From Octopus bimaculoides (Eukaryota), in contig NC_068984.1 in the NCBI RefSeq assembly GCF_001194135.2, positions 46,101,771-46,165,525 on the forward strand: a stretch of DNA of 63,755 nt. Reading direction: 5' to 3'. Shown one piece after another: positions 50,130 to 63,755 of this stretch (within the stretch, counting starts at the first letter, position 1; every line of letters begins with the position of its first letter). Below the pieces are notes generated by a model. It ran no database searches. It saw only the letters and a list, made by a program, of their open reading frames with translations, and was not told the DNA's origin. A program made the translations under genes and the position numbers.

Positions 50130-50530
50130 GTGGTATGGTAGGACAGTTGATGGGGGTTGATGTTATTACGTATTCTTTATTATGTCTGTATTATTGTTGG
50201 TATTCTGTATGCTGTCGCCGTGTTGCCCAAGATCATCCTAATTTTAAAATATACAATCATAAGATGCTCCAATGCGGAACATACAATATTTTTCTTTCAA
50301 TCTTAACCTGTGTGAATTCCCCCATGTGGCCTTCATTTTCCTTTAAGATTATAGGGTGTGATATCATAGATTTGACTGTTATTTCTTGCAGAGCCGCTAT
50401 TCATATTTTTGAACTCGGCTGCTGGAATTCGCAATGTGTTGTGATCTAATAGTGTTCGTGTGGCATTGCAATTAACGCATGTCCTGATGCATTTTCTTGG
50501 TGTAATCATCTAAAATATGAGTTTTCCTGT
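50130..50530 (-). mobile_element. Possible decayed LINE ORF1 knuckle / APE start
   Basis: Minus translation RTCVNCNAT... then RPHGGIH (APE-like GGV motif). Many stops; recognised by eye only. Confidence 0.25.
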
Positions 50531-52586
50531 ATAGCAGCTGATACTTTGTTTCTTCTATCATTGCAACAACTAAAGTTGATATTTCAATGAATGCACTTTG
50601 TTTAGATCCCCTTAGTGGTCGTGATTTCTTTTGCTTACCTCCAGTCAACCATAATGAAGCATCTATGCTCCAAGACGCCTCAGCCATAAAACTCCATATT
50701 AATTTTCAGGCGTAATGTATTTAGGACTACAATATCCAATATGTCATTCTATATGTTAGGCATTATGAGTTTTAACTGAAATGTTTATGTTATATCTTGC
50801 AAGTTGGCTGAATTCGAAGAGTCTCTGAATTCGAAGACTATCAAACATGTCCTTGTTTTTTATAAGGTAGGAGAATACGATTAAAAGCAGTAATATCTGT
50901 TCGATCAAACAACCACCAACTGTTTACTTAACTGCTCGTTGTTGAAATATTTATTCGTTGTTATTGTTTACGCTTAGGTCAGCAAACCTTCGATCAAATC
51001 CATTTCGTCTCATCTTTCTCTGTATTTAAGACTACAGGATACAATGTACACTTCAGGAAGAAGACAAACGTGTGTAATTTGACGAGGATTTAACAGCTAG
51101 TTCTAGTTAGTATTATCACTTACTTAGAGGCTCCTTTGTTGTCTGGTGTCATAAATGCTTTTAAAGTTAAATGTTTACAGAAAAAAAAAAACGCTTGATT
51201 AAATGAGTCGTATTAATTAATTGTCGTTTTGATCAGAGTTTATATTGTTTCTTGGGTTTGTGTTGCAATCCAGAAATTTAAAATGCAGCAAAGAACGGTA
51301 GTATATTTTCTTCAATTAATTTTCCCTCTATCATTTCTAACCTTTCCCCGGGTAAAAAGACATCAGTAAAAATGTCACGTATTAAAAGCAGAATTAAACC
51401 AAAATTTATGCTAACAAAACAATCAGCTACTAACACACGTATTCTATACAATATTCATGAGTATACCATTTTATTGTAGCAATTATGCTTTTGTTCGTCA
51501 CTGTAGCAATCTTACTTCATTACAACGCACATACCCTGTAGAACATCGCAAATGTCAGATCTTATTATTTTAGCGCGAAACAAATACGTTATTGACTGAA
51601 CATAAGGATGAACTCCTGGTTAAAAAATGCTTTAGTTTTCGAAGTTCCCGTCTCTTCGGCGCGCTGGTTTTGCAATTTATTCTATCGAGGTTCATAAAAC
51701 AAGAAAAACTCATGTACAGGTAATGGTTCTAAGAATTTTGTGTAGGATCTCATTAATTCATTATTGAATACTTTGGTTGAGAGGGAAACAATTTGTTGTA
51801 GACGTAGTTACTATAATCTCACTTCCCTTACATTGTCATTCATGAACCACCAAAAAAAAAAAAAAAAAATACAATACAAAGCAAATAAAAAACACCATCT
51901 CACTGTTCAATATGCACTTGTATAAAAAACAGATATAAAGAGTGTATAAATAATTGAGGACCAGCTCATAAGCCATGAGGTCATACTATCTGCAAGTATT
52001 TGGCTATTTCTGTATAAAACAATGTACGTTCTCCAAGTTTACATTGTTGTAAAGAATAAGGAATAAGTTGTAGAAATGTGTTGTATAAATACTTCAAATA
52101 AATAATGGTTCTGTCGAAGAAGAATATTGTTTCTCATCTGCTCGACGATGCAAAAGCCTTCGCACAACCTCCGACGTTTGCAGATTTACTGAATCGTGAG
52201 ATTTATTTGTTTCCTTCAGCTTAACTCGGAAATCTATTTGAGAAATCTATTGTTTTATTGTCATTTAACTAAAGAAAAAGAATTCAATTCCAAAGGCAGA
52301 GTATATTTGAGATTTATTGATCTTGAATGTACCTATCTCAAGTACCTAGAGTTGCTTAAGTACCTTTACATCAGTTAAAGGATATCAACACGCACCCCCG
52401 CCTCCGCACACATATTTATACAGTCAGTCAGTGTATCATATATCCAAAAAAGAAGCACACTCGAAAGCATAGAGCAGTAATGTATTTACATGCAGTTAAG
52501 CATATGTCCGTAACGGAATTCTACCTCTACAGTTTGAAGAGCTATATAGCCTACGCTATTAGCCTCTAATGACTGAAACAAGTAAA

Positions 52587-52638
<52 letters not shown>

Positions 52639-52840
52639 TGTATATACGTGTGTGTGTGTGTGTGTATGCGTGCTTGCGCGTGTGAATGAGTATGTGTGTT
52701 TCAGGAGAATAGAAAAGTTAAGATAAGATTATCGGTTCAAAATATTTTTCAAAATAATAACTATGAATGGAACCTCTACTGATGAAATTACTGCATACTG
52801 CGAGTAGAGAATATTCTTTGTAAGGATGAAGTTGAACCTC

Positions 52841-52872
<32 letters not shown>

Positions 52873-52879
52873 GTCTATC

Positions 52880-53120
52880 TATCTGTGAGTGTGTGTGTGT
52901 GTGTGTTTCTATATCTATGCGTGTGTAGTTGTGTTTGTCTCTTAACGGCATCTTGACTAATGGTGTGTTTTTTACGTGCACTTTACTTAGAAGTTTCGTA
53001 GGGGGGCCGATAGAATAAGAACCAGGCTTAAAAAATACTGGGGTTCATTCAAATGACAAAAATCCTCTAAAACTGTGCCAGCATGGATGCATTTCAATGA
53101 CTAGAACAAGTAAAAAAGTT
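52880..53120 (+). mobile_element. SINE-C 3' half, decayed
   Basis: GT repeat, then CCGATAGAATAAGAACCAGGCTTAAAA...CTGGGG...CCAGCATGG...AATGACTAGAACAAGTAAAA, the reverse complement of blocks at 19243-19340. Confidence 0.6.
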
Positions 53121-53289
53121 AGAATCTTGTCATATGTGTGTATGTGTGTATATGTGTGCGTGCTCGCGTGCATCTTTGTTAGTTTGGTATGGCGATTCAT
53201 TCAGTCACAGGTTTTTTTTATTGATTTTCTATCTCCTCCCCTATTTAATCCCTTCTCTCATGATCTGTTTCATATATCACTATATTCTT

Positions 53290-53341
<52 letters not shown>

Positions 53342-53693
53342 TTCTTGATTGTTTTAACGGATTACAAACCTACTTTCTTATTTTCTCAAGATATCATCCT
53401 GTATGACTGTCTCTTTGATTTCATACGCTCCATTTCTGTCCCACTTATGTCGCTTATTATATTTTTTCTATCTCTCTCTCTCAATCTATATTTTACTCTT
53501 ACCGACGCGCTTTCTTCTATACTAAATTATTTTCCATCTCTTTCAGCCACTAACTCTATGATTCTATCAATCTTCCCAGTTATCTTCTCACATGTGTGCC
53601 TGCGCACGCATTCAAACACACGCACACACATTATATAAGTGTGTGTGCGTCCATATGTATATATGTATATATCCCCAGACTAATATATGCTCA

Positions 53694-53735
<42 letters not shown>

Positions 53736-53746
53736 CACACAAACAC

Positions 53747-53815
<69 letters not shown>

Positions 53816-53829
53816 NNNNNNNNNNNNNN

Positions 53830-53890
<61 letters not shown>

Positions 53891-54409
53891 CTTTCACATA
53901 TATTAATGCATATATATATGGATATATGTATCTATGCTTCTCTGTATGTATATCAACCTCCAATATAAGGTTCCTCTTCGCTTTCAGTTTTTCTATAATC
54001 TTCTATTATCATATTCATCATCATCAACTTTCCCACTCTTTGCACGCTCCTCTCCCTAACAATTACTTCTTCGCCCTTCTATCTCCTACATTTTGTTTTA
54101 CCTCACTTAACCCAGTAGACCAATCAACATATGTCGAATCCATGGACCTATAAAATCATCGATCTCAAAAGAAGCACACTTTACAAAGGCTGATTCTGTT
54201 TAGACATATAACCGTTGTTTTCATTATCAAATTAACATTTATTCCACCGTTCTGCACCATTCCCTTGTTCGCCTGTAATGTTGCTGGGTCATTAATTTTT
54301 AGTTGTCCACGTCTCATCAAAGTCTATGTATTACAACGGACAGAGAATTGCATACACCATTTTTTTTTGCTCTTGTATCAATCGCTGTACAAAATCAACG
54401 CGCAGGCTT

Positions 54410-54458
<49 letters not shown>

Positions 54459-54940
54459 TAAGTATGTGCTTACGCATATACATATGTGAGCATTTGTGTA
54501 TATACAGGAGTATTTGTGTGTATATATATAGATATATTTGTAGGTGTGTGTGTCTCTTTGTGTATGTGTCCATGCGTGTAAGCATGTTTATATGTATATA
54601 TATACAATATATGTACATATATGCATATATATATTGTTTTATATATGTGTACACTCACACGTACATACAAAATACAGGCATACGTGTGTGAGAGTGTGTA
54701 TTTGTTTGTGCGTTTGTGTGTGTGTACATGCAAATGTTCGTGTTTTATTAGTTCTTTTTAGAAGACACAGTTGTTTAATCATAAATGATCCTTTGTTGTA
54801 ATATACAACTCTATCGATGTCTGTGACAACCTAATTACATGGATAAGAACAAGTACACATACTCACACGCAAACACAAATGACCATATTGCATTGATGTA
54901 AATGTATACACACATATACACACACATAAATATACATGTA

Positions 54941-54986
<46 letters not shown>

Positions 54987-55717
54987 ATATATATATGTGT
55001 ATACATATATATGTATATAAGTATATATATATATATATGTATGTGTGTGTCAGTGTTTGTGCACACAATGAATGTATCGTGTGTTTTCATTTTGTTTTGC
55101 TGTGTTTGTTCTCGTTCTTCCCTACTGCAGTCAAGGGAATGAATTGTCGTTGGATCAACACAGAACTTCGAATGTGATATATCTCTTTTTTTTTATTGTT
55201 ATTCGTTCACCCGTATATTCCCATTTTATCTTGCTTTGTTGGCTTTCATGAATTTTCCTTTTGCACAAAATGTGATTTAACACTTGGACACAATTTCAGC
55301 TTTAATCACTATTTGGGAATCAAAGGCATTTTACTACTTCATTTTCTATGAGGGTTAATATATTGTTGAGAATGTAATAAGAAGTACGGTAATAATCTAT
55401 GTATTTAGGGTAAAATGTTTAGAGTTTATGGCCGGTCCCTTCTTTCATTTATTTGACTCAATTTATATGATTAAAGGCATTGTTTTCTTCACTCCTTACG
55501 TCCATTACCAGGATATATATTATCAAACTTGTAGGCTACCCAACTTTGATATAGGTACGGTGGGTAGGTCCTCGAATACTGTCATACGCCAAACTGTTTC
55601 ATTTTTAAAAACAATTAGAGCCATACTCATCGGACAGTGAAAACAAACCTTACAGCCGAATGATCAAGAGTGTGTTTCTTGCTTCCCTGAAACTTTAAGT
55701 AATGAGATTCTCTTTAA

Positions 55718-55807
<90 letters not shown>

Positions 55808-57910
55808 TTATATATATATATATATATATACATATACGAGTGCGCTCATGCCATCATGTATAATATCAAATATGCGTCTTAAATGTGTAGAAAACGTAAT
55901 AGAATAAAATACCATTAGAATACAGGCAACTACTTTTATATCTAGATAAATTTATTTAAATTAAGCAATAGAAGATATAAAAGAATGCTACAGAGGAAAT
56001 ATCCTTTTTAAGTTCAACGTAATACATCATCCGTATATAAACTAAAACTTCAGAAAGTTGATAAAACGTAATACTGATCAGGAAGAGGCTTTGCAGGTGA
56101 AATTTAATTTAGTAATTCTTTTACGAAGGCGATTTTTGGGAACATTTGTTCGCAATTGTAGTAATATGTCTCTTTGCTTGTCTTTGTGTTTCTAACTGCT
56201 CTTGGGATAAATCTTATAATCGCTTTTTTTTTGTCGTCGTTTACTTGCTAAAGGTTGATTGCATGAAAATATGTATGTATGTATGTGTGTGTATGCATTT
56301 GTGTGTGTATGTATGTATTCATTCATGTATGTATTTATGTATCCATCCAACATCTATCTATTTATCTATCTATCTGTCTGTCTGTTTGTTTGCCTGCATA
56401 CCTACCTACCTACCTACCTACCTACCTACCTATCTATCTATCTGCCTTTCTTTCCATCCGTCTGTCGGTCTATCTACCTATCTATCAAGTGAGAAAGCTT
56501 TATATGAGACCGGTCTATTTTGTCCTGCATCACATCGAATACATTAATACAAAACGGCATTTATAATATGAGTGATATAAGTACACATAAACACTCACAC
56601 TCACGCGCACACACACAAAGAAATACACACGCTCACACTACCCACCGCATGTGTATAAACAAATCATGCTAATACCGTTGTTGCTTTTAATGTAGAATCC
56701 GTCAAAAAGGATTGCACCATTAATTGTTAACGTATGATAAACACTTCGTGTTCATGTCCATGTCCACGAAATTCTTTGTAGACGTATAAGTATTGTTTAT
56801 ATGAAATCACATTGATGCATATCTATGTATATATTGGATTTAGAACATTTACATTTTCTCTTGTCATTCAGGAAGTATATATAGAATTTCATTTGTCTTG
56901 CGTTTTGAAGATAAATTATGAATGAAGTAAATAAAATAATATGCATTCGGCAAATGGAAAAACGACAACAACCAAGCCAATCATATATTAAATCCGTTTA
57001 TTAGACAACAGTTCAAAAATAAAACAGGAAACAAAATGGTGGTATTAGTGTAAGGGTAGAAGTAAAGATTATATGGAAAAATAGCTAGAACAATCAAAGA
57101 GAGGAATACAAAAATCGAAACGAAAACGGCATGCAATGACAAAGTAAATAGTAGTTTACGTGAGAGAGGGAGGAAGGTGAGAGAAAGAGTGAAGAAGAGA
57201 ATGAGATACAGATAAACTGTAAAAAAAAAAAGTATCTTTTATCAGATTACATAGTTTTTACATTTGTTTTGTGGCTTGTTTCGATTGGATGAATGAAACA
57301 TGGATTCAAGTAAATTGTTTTATTATGCAAACTTGGTTGGCCCCAATTATATTAACGTCATGGAGCGATATTTCATTTGGTGATCTGTCAACATTTACCC
57401 ACAGTAAACGATGAAAAGGAAAATAAAATAACAGAGAAATACATGAATAAATAAATAAATCTACCCATTGTTTTTCTTCTATGCAAAAAGCTAACGCACA
57501 TGAAAATCATGAGATTTCATTGCTTGCTTTTCCGTTTTCTTTTGTTTTTACATTTTTACATCTACTTTAATGCATACTATTTTGTCTTGGGTTATATGTG
57601 CATATATTAGCAGAGCATTGCTGGTCAAAGACTACTGAAACACACCTAGAAATAAATACATGTAAGAATATATATACAGTGCGGTATCTGCAAATGTACA
57701 CGCATAATGAAATCTCTAAACTAGTTAAAAACATATAAAAATGTATACACATCACAGTATATACAGAAAATAAACACGTGTATATGCTTGGGAAAATATC
57801 ATTTGAACACACAGTCACACATAAACATGTATAAAGTACAATGAACAGTAAAATGGGACCATACCGGAAGAACAAGGTTTAGCAAATACTGTAGAGCTCG
57901 TGCATCGATA

Positions 57911-57974
<64 letters not shown>

Positions 57975-57975
57975 C

Positions 57976-58293
57976 ATGATGGCCGTCCACTCGTAACCGA
58001 GGAAGACTATTGCTGAGCTTCAGGAACATTGTGCGCTCTAGGATTAAGTTATATTTTGCATTTGCGGTCTGTTGGTAGCTAATGGGCCCTGCTTTTGGCA
58101 AGCATACATGAATGCAAACATGGCAAACCAAGCTTTCCTCATTCACTACACTAGTAGTGCGCTTTCGATCAGCACGCTTAAGTTCTTCATGCAGAATATT
58201 GGCTCTCACAAAAGTGTCGACCTCCTCCTTAACCTTCTTCCTCCATCTGTGGCGATGACATGTATTGCTCTCCCAGTCAGTCTCCTGCATATC
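57976..58293 (-). mobile_element. RTE-clade LINE 3' end with C-terminal zinc-finger remnant
   Basis: DWESNTCHRHRWRKKVKEEVDTFVRANILHEELKRADRKR...LVCHVCIHVCLPKAGPISYQ resembles the RTE C-terminal motif WExxAxDRxxWR...CxxCxRxCxSxxGLxSH. A short 3' UTR ends in ATCAT. Confidence 0.75.
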
Positions 58294-58325
58294 ACATGCA
58301 TACATACATACATACATACATACGC

Positions 58326-58373
<48 letters not shown>

Positions 58374-59179
58374 CCACTGAACATTGAAAGGGTAATGTAG
58401 AGAGAATAGAAAAAGTATATAGAGGATACCTTTATGCACTACACATATATTTATACGCGAATACCAGCGGACATTAATTTCACAGTCGACTATCGTTATC
58501 AGGAACGAACATTTAGGTTGCATTATTCGCGATTGTTTACGATTCATGACTACATATTTTTACATATTTCGTTAACTCGTACAAAGCAATTTTTTCATTT
58601 CTTATAGCAGATGCATTTTTAATGTTTTACACCATTAACTTTGGTTGAATGTCAATCCGAAATTTTTCACTTTTTCCTATTCGATCTTGTGTAAGTTGTA
58701 CAATTTCAGCATGTGCATCAGTTGGGCACTGTTCAGTGTCAGAAAACTGAGAGCCAAGAAGAAAATGAAGTAAGAACTTTAAGTAAAAACCACCAGTGTA
58801 CTATAATTTATCATGAAAATCTTCGTCAGAATTACATTACATAGGCGATTTCACTATTGTCGTTCATTCGGTGGTCAACCTACAAATAAACTTAAGCTAC
58901 AGCATTTTGATCGAGACCCGTCAGGCAAAACTCATGCCAGAGAAAGTGTTACTAACTTGCTAACATACCAACCAACCCATCAGTGTCATCGTATTTTAAT
59001 TCACAGTACACTCTAGCTACAAAGAAAGTCATGTGCAATGCAGCGACTTAATAGATGAAGAAATAAAGAACAGATCGTACACGTTTACTTCTCGATTTCT
59101 ACTAAAGTACACTTAACGACAGAGAAATTTTCAGCGTACTCTAAGTTATAAATAAATCAGTGACCATATATATATATAT

Positions 59180-59364
<185 letters not shown>

Positions 59365-59658
59365 AAGAGAGAGGTAGTATCTACCAGCCGTGAAAACTTA
59401 AAACTATGCCCATATCATTACTCGAGTTTTGCGCGCTGCACGCTTCAAGTCTCGCTTGAAGATCGCAGAGACAAGGAACTTGGATAGCGAGATGAATATT
59501 CAATTTCAAGAAACTACAGTTATACTACTTGTATTTCTCTTTCGTTCTAAAGAAATCATCACTCAGATATACATCTCTTCACTCTTCTTCATTCTCTTAT
59601 TCCATGTCCCACTGTGTATATCCATCTATCTATCTATCTATCTATCTATATATCTATA

Positions 59659-59717
<59 letters not shown>

Positions 59718-60609
59718 ATAATAGGGATAAAATCCCAAATTACAGGTAAAAACTCAATTAAAATCAATTTAATGAAATTCAATTAAGTTTCACAGTATAA
59801 AATATATATAAATATATAGTATTAGGGAAAAGATTATAATTAAAAGTACTATAAAAATGTATAATATAATACAAAGTAAATATTATAAGATCAACATAAT
59901 ACACACACACACACACACACACACACANNNNNNNNNNNNNNNNNNNNNNNNNNNNNNNNNNNNNNNNNNNNNNNNNNNNNNNNNNNNNNNNNNNNNNNNN
60001 NNNNNNNNNNNNNNNNNNNNNNNNNNNNNNNNNNNNNNNNNNNNNNNNNNNNNNNNNNNNNNNNNNNNNTATATATATTGTATATATACTATGTATATAT
60101 TGCGCTCATTAAGAGATTTTAACTATTATTTCTTGCAATATAGGTGCTTTAGCACCCTTCATCACAATTATTGACGATACGATCTCTTCTTTTAGAGTAT
60201 TATATTGTCTCAAGCCGTTTATTATAATTTTTATTATATTGCGCCTAGATAGTCATATTAAATTTTGATATACGCATTAGCATTTTGCTAAATCAACCAT
60301 GAAGTCTATCCCATGGAATGAAATTTCACCTCACAAGTGTTAGCCAAGAATATGTCATACCAATTAAGAAACACAAACAATACGTAATTTCATTTACAAA
60401 AGAGATATAATTGCAAAAGATTATGTATACTCAGCCGCTTTTTATGATCACTTTGGTATAAATAGCTGGTACGATTTAAATGATTATAATTGAGTATATT
60501 TCTGACACACTAAATTTGATAACAATATAAAATTAATGACCTTATCTTTGAGTATAATGACATATTGAACGATACACATAATGTATCTACATGTATATAT
60601 GTATATGTG

Positions 60610-60656
<47 letters not shown>

Positions 60657-60737
60657 GTGTGTGTGTGTGTGCGCGTGTGTGTATGTAGATTATCTATATA
60701 TATATTTACATCACATAAGCACATTCGTATATGTATT

Positions 60738-60823
<86 letters not shown>

Positions 60824-60852
60824 CATATACATACATATATGTATACGTATAT

Positions 60853-60886
<34 letters not shown>

Positions 60887-61949
60887 GCATATATGTATAT
60901 ACATACATATGCGTATGTGAGTGTTTGTGTATACCTGTTTATTTTGTTATTTTGTGAGAACGCTTTATAATCACAAAGATGGACTGCCTTACATATAGTC
61001 TACTCTGAATGTATCAGTAGAAAGAAATTTCCAATACAAAGTATCTCGTATACACCCAAATCAAATCAGCAGTAATGACGTTTGCAAATGTTTAGGATTG
61101 TAATTAAGATATTTATTAGGGTTTGAAAGCAAACCTATTTGTTCTGACGTTCCATTAGCGGAAACATAGGTTTTGTGTGACATCAGATGAAGGGCGGAAT
61201 ATAATTGGTTGAGACAGAATGATGGACAAACAAAGAGAGAGATCGTTAGATAGTTGGATAGACAGGTAGAAAGATAGATAAATGGAATGAACCAGTGGGA
61301 CACAGAAAGAATACACATATAATCAAATTAATTGCTTGAAAGATGCGTATGAAAGTAACCCGGTAATATATACACACACGCACATAAACACACACACACA
61401 CACACACACACACTAACACATACACGAGCTCACGCACACGCACACATTCACATTGTATATATACAGAGAAAGACAGAGATGAGTATAGGCAATGGCTATA
61501 TACTCATACATTCACACACACGCGCGCAATCATCACACGCAGGAAAACATATTGATTAACATGCGGTTGTATTTCCAGCAGGAGGAATGTACACACTGCA
61601 TAAAATTAAGTGCATATATTTCATTGGAAGGTGAAATTTCTTGTGGAGGGTCTGTATGTGGCAATTGCAACACCCTGCAGGCTGCACTATATAAAAACGT
61701 GCAGGTAGAAAAATATTAACAGATAATGCATTAAATCTAAATAAAATTACCCACAAATATAGACATTTAACTAAAGAAGCAATACTTGCATCACATCACA
61801 AATCTAAAGTATACAGACCAGATATGCACGTCTAACTCTTAGAATACATGGTTGGTAGCACACAACTTTTTCAAACTCTGGTAGTAAATTCTGCATTAAA
61901 ACAAGTTGCCCACTATAAAGGAGGCAGTATACAGGACAGTATCACCTCA

Positions 61950-61979
61950 TATTCTGATGATGGTGTAGAAACGTCGATA
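61950..61979 (+). ncRNA. Minimal hammerhead-like motif (possible Penelope-type remnant)
   Basis: TATT-CTGATGA-T GGTGT A-GAAA-CGTC-GATA: intact core, 1-bp stem II, ACGT palindrome with GUC triplet, weak 4-bp stem I. Confidence 0.3.
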
Positions 61980-62384
61980 AAAGTTGTTTTTTTTTAGTAT
62001 CCCTAATAAAAACGGGTTATGGTGTAGGATAGTCAGGATTTAAAATGTAACACCCACACGCACTTACTCGTATATAGGTCTATGGAAGAAAAAAATATTT
62101 GCAATCATGTCTCTCTGTAGAAAACTCTTTTGCAAGACAGATTTCTGCATCTATAGGTCTATTTATGTGCGCGCGTATATGTGTATGTATGAGTGTTTTT
62201 CGTGAACGTATGTACGCATATTTGCAGTATGGCCAAATGTTTGAGAATATCAATTTGCAACCTAAATTTTTAGTATCACTTACACTGAGGAATCGTAGAC
62301 AAATGTCATTTATATAAATTTTGGGTGATGGAAAGTCACCACCACGACCATGCACATGCCCACACAAGTACTCATAAATATCAT

Positions 62385-63082
62385 ATAGGTCGGGAGAATA
62401 AGGTGGTTGAGGAATTTGTTCCCAACCAATCTCTTCGATCTTCTCTGACGTGATCTTTGCAGTGTGGGATCGCACATTTACCCGATGAAAATTCACTCCT
62501 TTTCGATTCACTAAAGCGGGTCTTTTTTTCTTCAAAGCTTGGTTCAAACGCTCTAATGTTTGACAGTAGACTTGAGCATTGATTGTTGCATTAGGTGGTA
62601 ACAATTCAAAGTGAATTACTCCTTTGCAATCCCACCAGATAGAGACAAGAGCCTTTTTGCCATGAAGTTCCCTTCTCGGTTGTGGTTGAGCTTTTTCCCT
62701 TTCACCAAGTCATTGTTTACGACGTTTAACATTTCGATAGAAGATCGATTTCTCGTCACCAGTTACAAGTCTATCCAAAGAGCGTGAAATGAGTTCGCGA
62801 GAATGGAGAGAAGAGCAGATGTCAACTCGGGATTTGCGGTTACTTTCGACAATTCATGAAGCACCCATTTTCCAATTTTAAGAATCTTTCCAGGTTGTTG
62901 AAGATGACGATGAACAGTTGTATGGGTTGAACTAAGCTTTATTGCTAATTCTTCAACTGATAATGCAGGATAATCTTCAAGTAATGCCTCAAGGAGCTTA
63001 TCATCAAACTCAAATGGACGTCCTGTTCGATCTTCATCTTCAAGGCTGACATCTCTACTTCTAAATTATGCAAACCATCTGT
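62385..63082 (-). mobile_element. Mariner transposase pseudogene fragment
   Basis: EDEDRTGRP, GKWVLHEL (WVPHEL), LVTGDEK, IWWDCKGVIHFELLPPNATINAQVYC, FHRVNVRSH (second catalytic D lost), QPPYSPDL. One frameshift and two stops; no TIRs seen. Confidence 0.92.
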
Positions 63083-63322
63083 ATTTATATAACTGAAATT
63101 AATAGGAAAACAAAAGACGAAGACAGGTGTAGGTTTGACGCTCGGGAAAAATGAAAAAGTATTTTACGCTTCGAGCTCACGCTTTACAACAGAAAGAAAA
63201 AAGTGAAAATAAACAGAGAGAATGAAAAAAAAAACCCTGTAGAGTACAGCGGTCCAACATGGACATACAAACAAATACACATACACACATACACACACAT
63301 ACATAAACACACATACACAAAC

Positions 63323-63355
<33 letters not shown>

Positions 63356-63366
63356 TACACATACAC

Positions 63367-63397
<31 letters not shown>

Positions 63398-63755
63398 ACA
63401 CACATACACACATGTATATGTATATGCGGAACTCCCTCATCGAAGAGTACGAGTGTGCAGCGAGAAGACAAAAATATCCAACCGTAGAAAATAAAAGGAG
63501 CACGCAATAGAGACAATCAATAACACACTCACACTCTTATTCCCATTATTCGCCAACGTTTAAAATTCATTCACTTGACCTGGTGACTCCTCATGCGAGT
63601 CCACTGGCCACCAAGCGGAATATGGATACGAGCATGACCTATTAAACCAGCACATAGTCTGTGATTTCTCAGCTAGATCGATTAGACAATGGTGGTTTGC
63701 GGGAATACCGCAGTTTTCTTGGTTTCGTTTCGTATTTTATAGTGGCTGATCTTCA

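Noticed and set aside
63155-63200. Minus-strand CTGTTGT-AAAGCGTGAGCTC-GAAGCGT, reminiscent of a Penelope-type ribozyme
   Set aside because: Several core positions deviate; not supportable.

Overview
Eukaryotic, AT-rich, draft-quality genomic DNA with many N gaps and very dense microsatellites (CA, AT, GA, CTAT, TAA, GAT/CAT). The repeat families and overall texture suggest a coleoid cephalopod, probably Octopus; this is an inference from pattern recognition, not a database result. I found no recognisable intact host protein-coding gene, rRNA, tRNA gene or CRISPR array. Nearly all long ORFs in the track are microsatellite or N-gap artefacts, so the window reads as intronic or intergenic. Supportable content: about 20 copies of one tRNA-like SINE (called SINE-A here), two other SINE families (B, C), and a nest of R4/Dong-clade (RLE-type) non-LTR retrotransposon fragments from at least three subfamilies in (TAA)n tracts at 26.4-30.3 kb and 39-45 kb. 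There are also two RTE LINE fragments, a decayed mariner transposase, a mariner-type MITE with TIRs and TA target duplication, two Tc1/mariner left ends, two copies of a non-coding TAA-flanked element with an unusually conserved 3' end, and a 199-bp near-identical direct duplication. The most notable observation is a complete canonical type I hammerhead ribozyme motif on the minus strand at 11901-11951, with a palindromic stem III of the Penelope/retrozyme type. A weaker minimal hammerhead-like motif lies at 61950-61979. Repeat boundaries are approximate unless TIRs or motifs are quoted.
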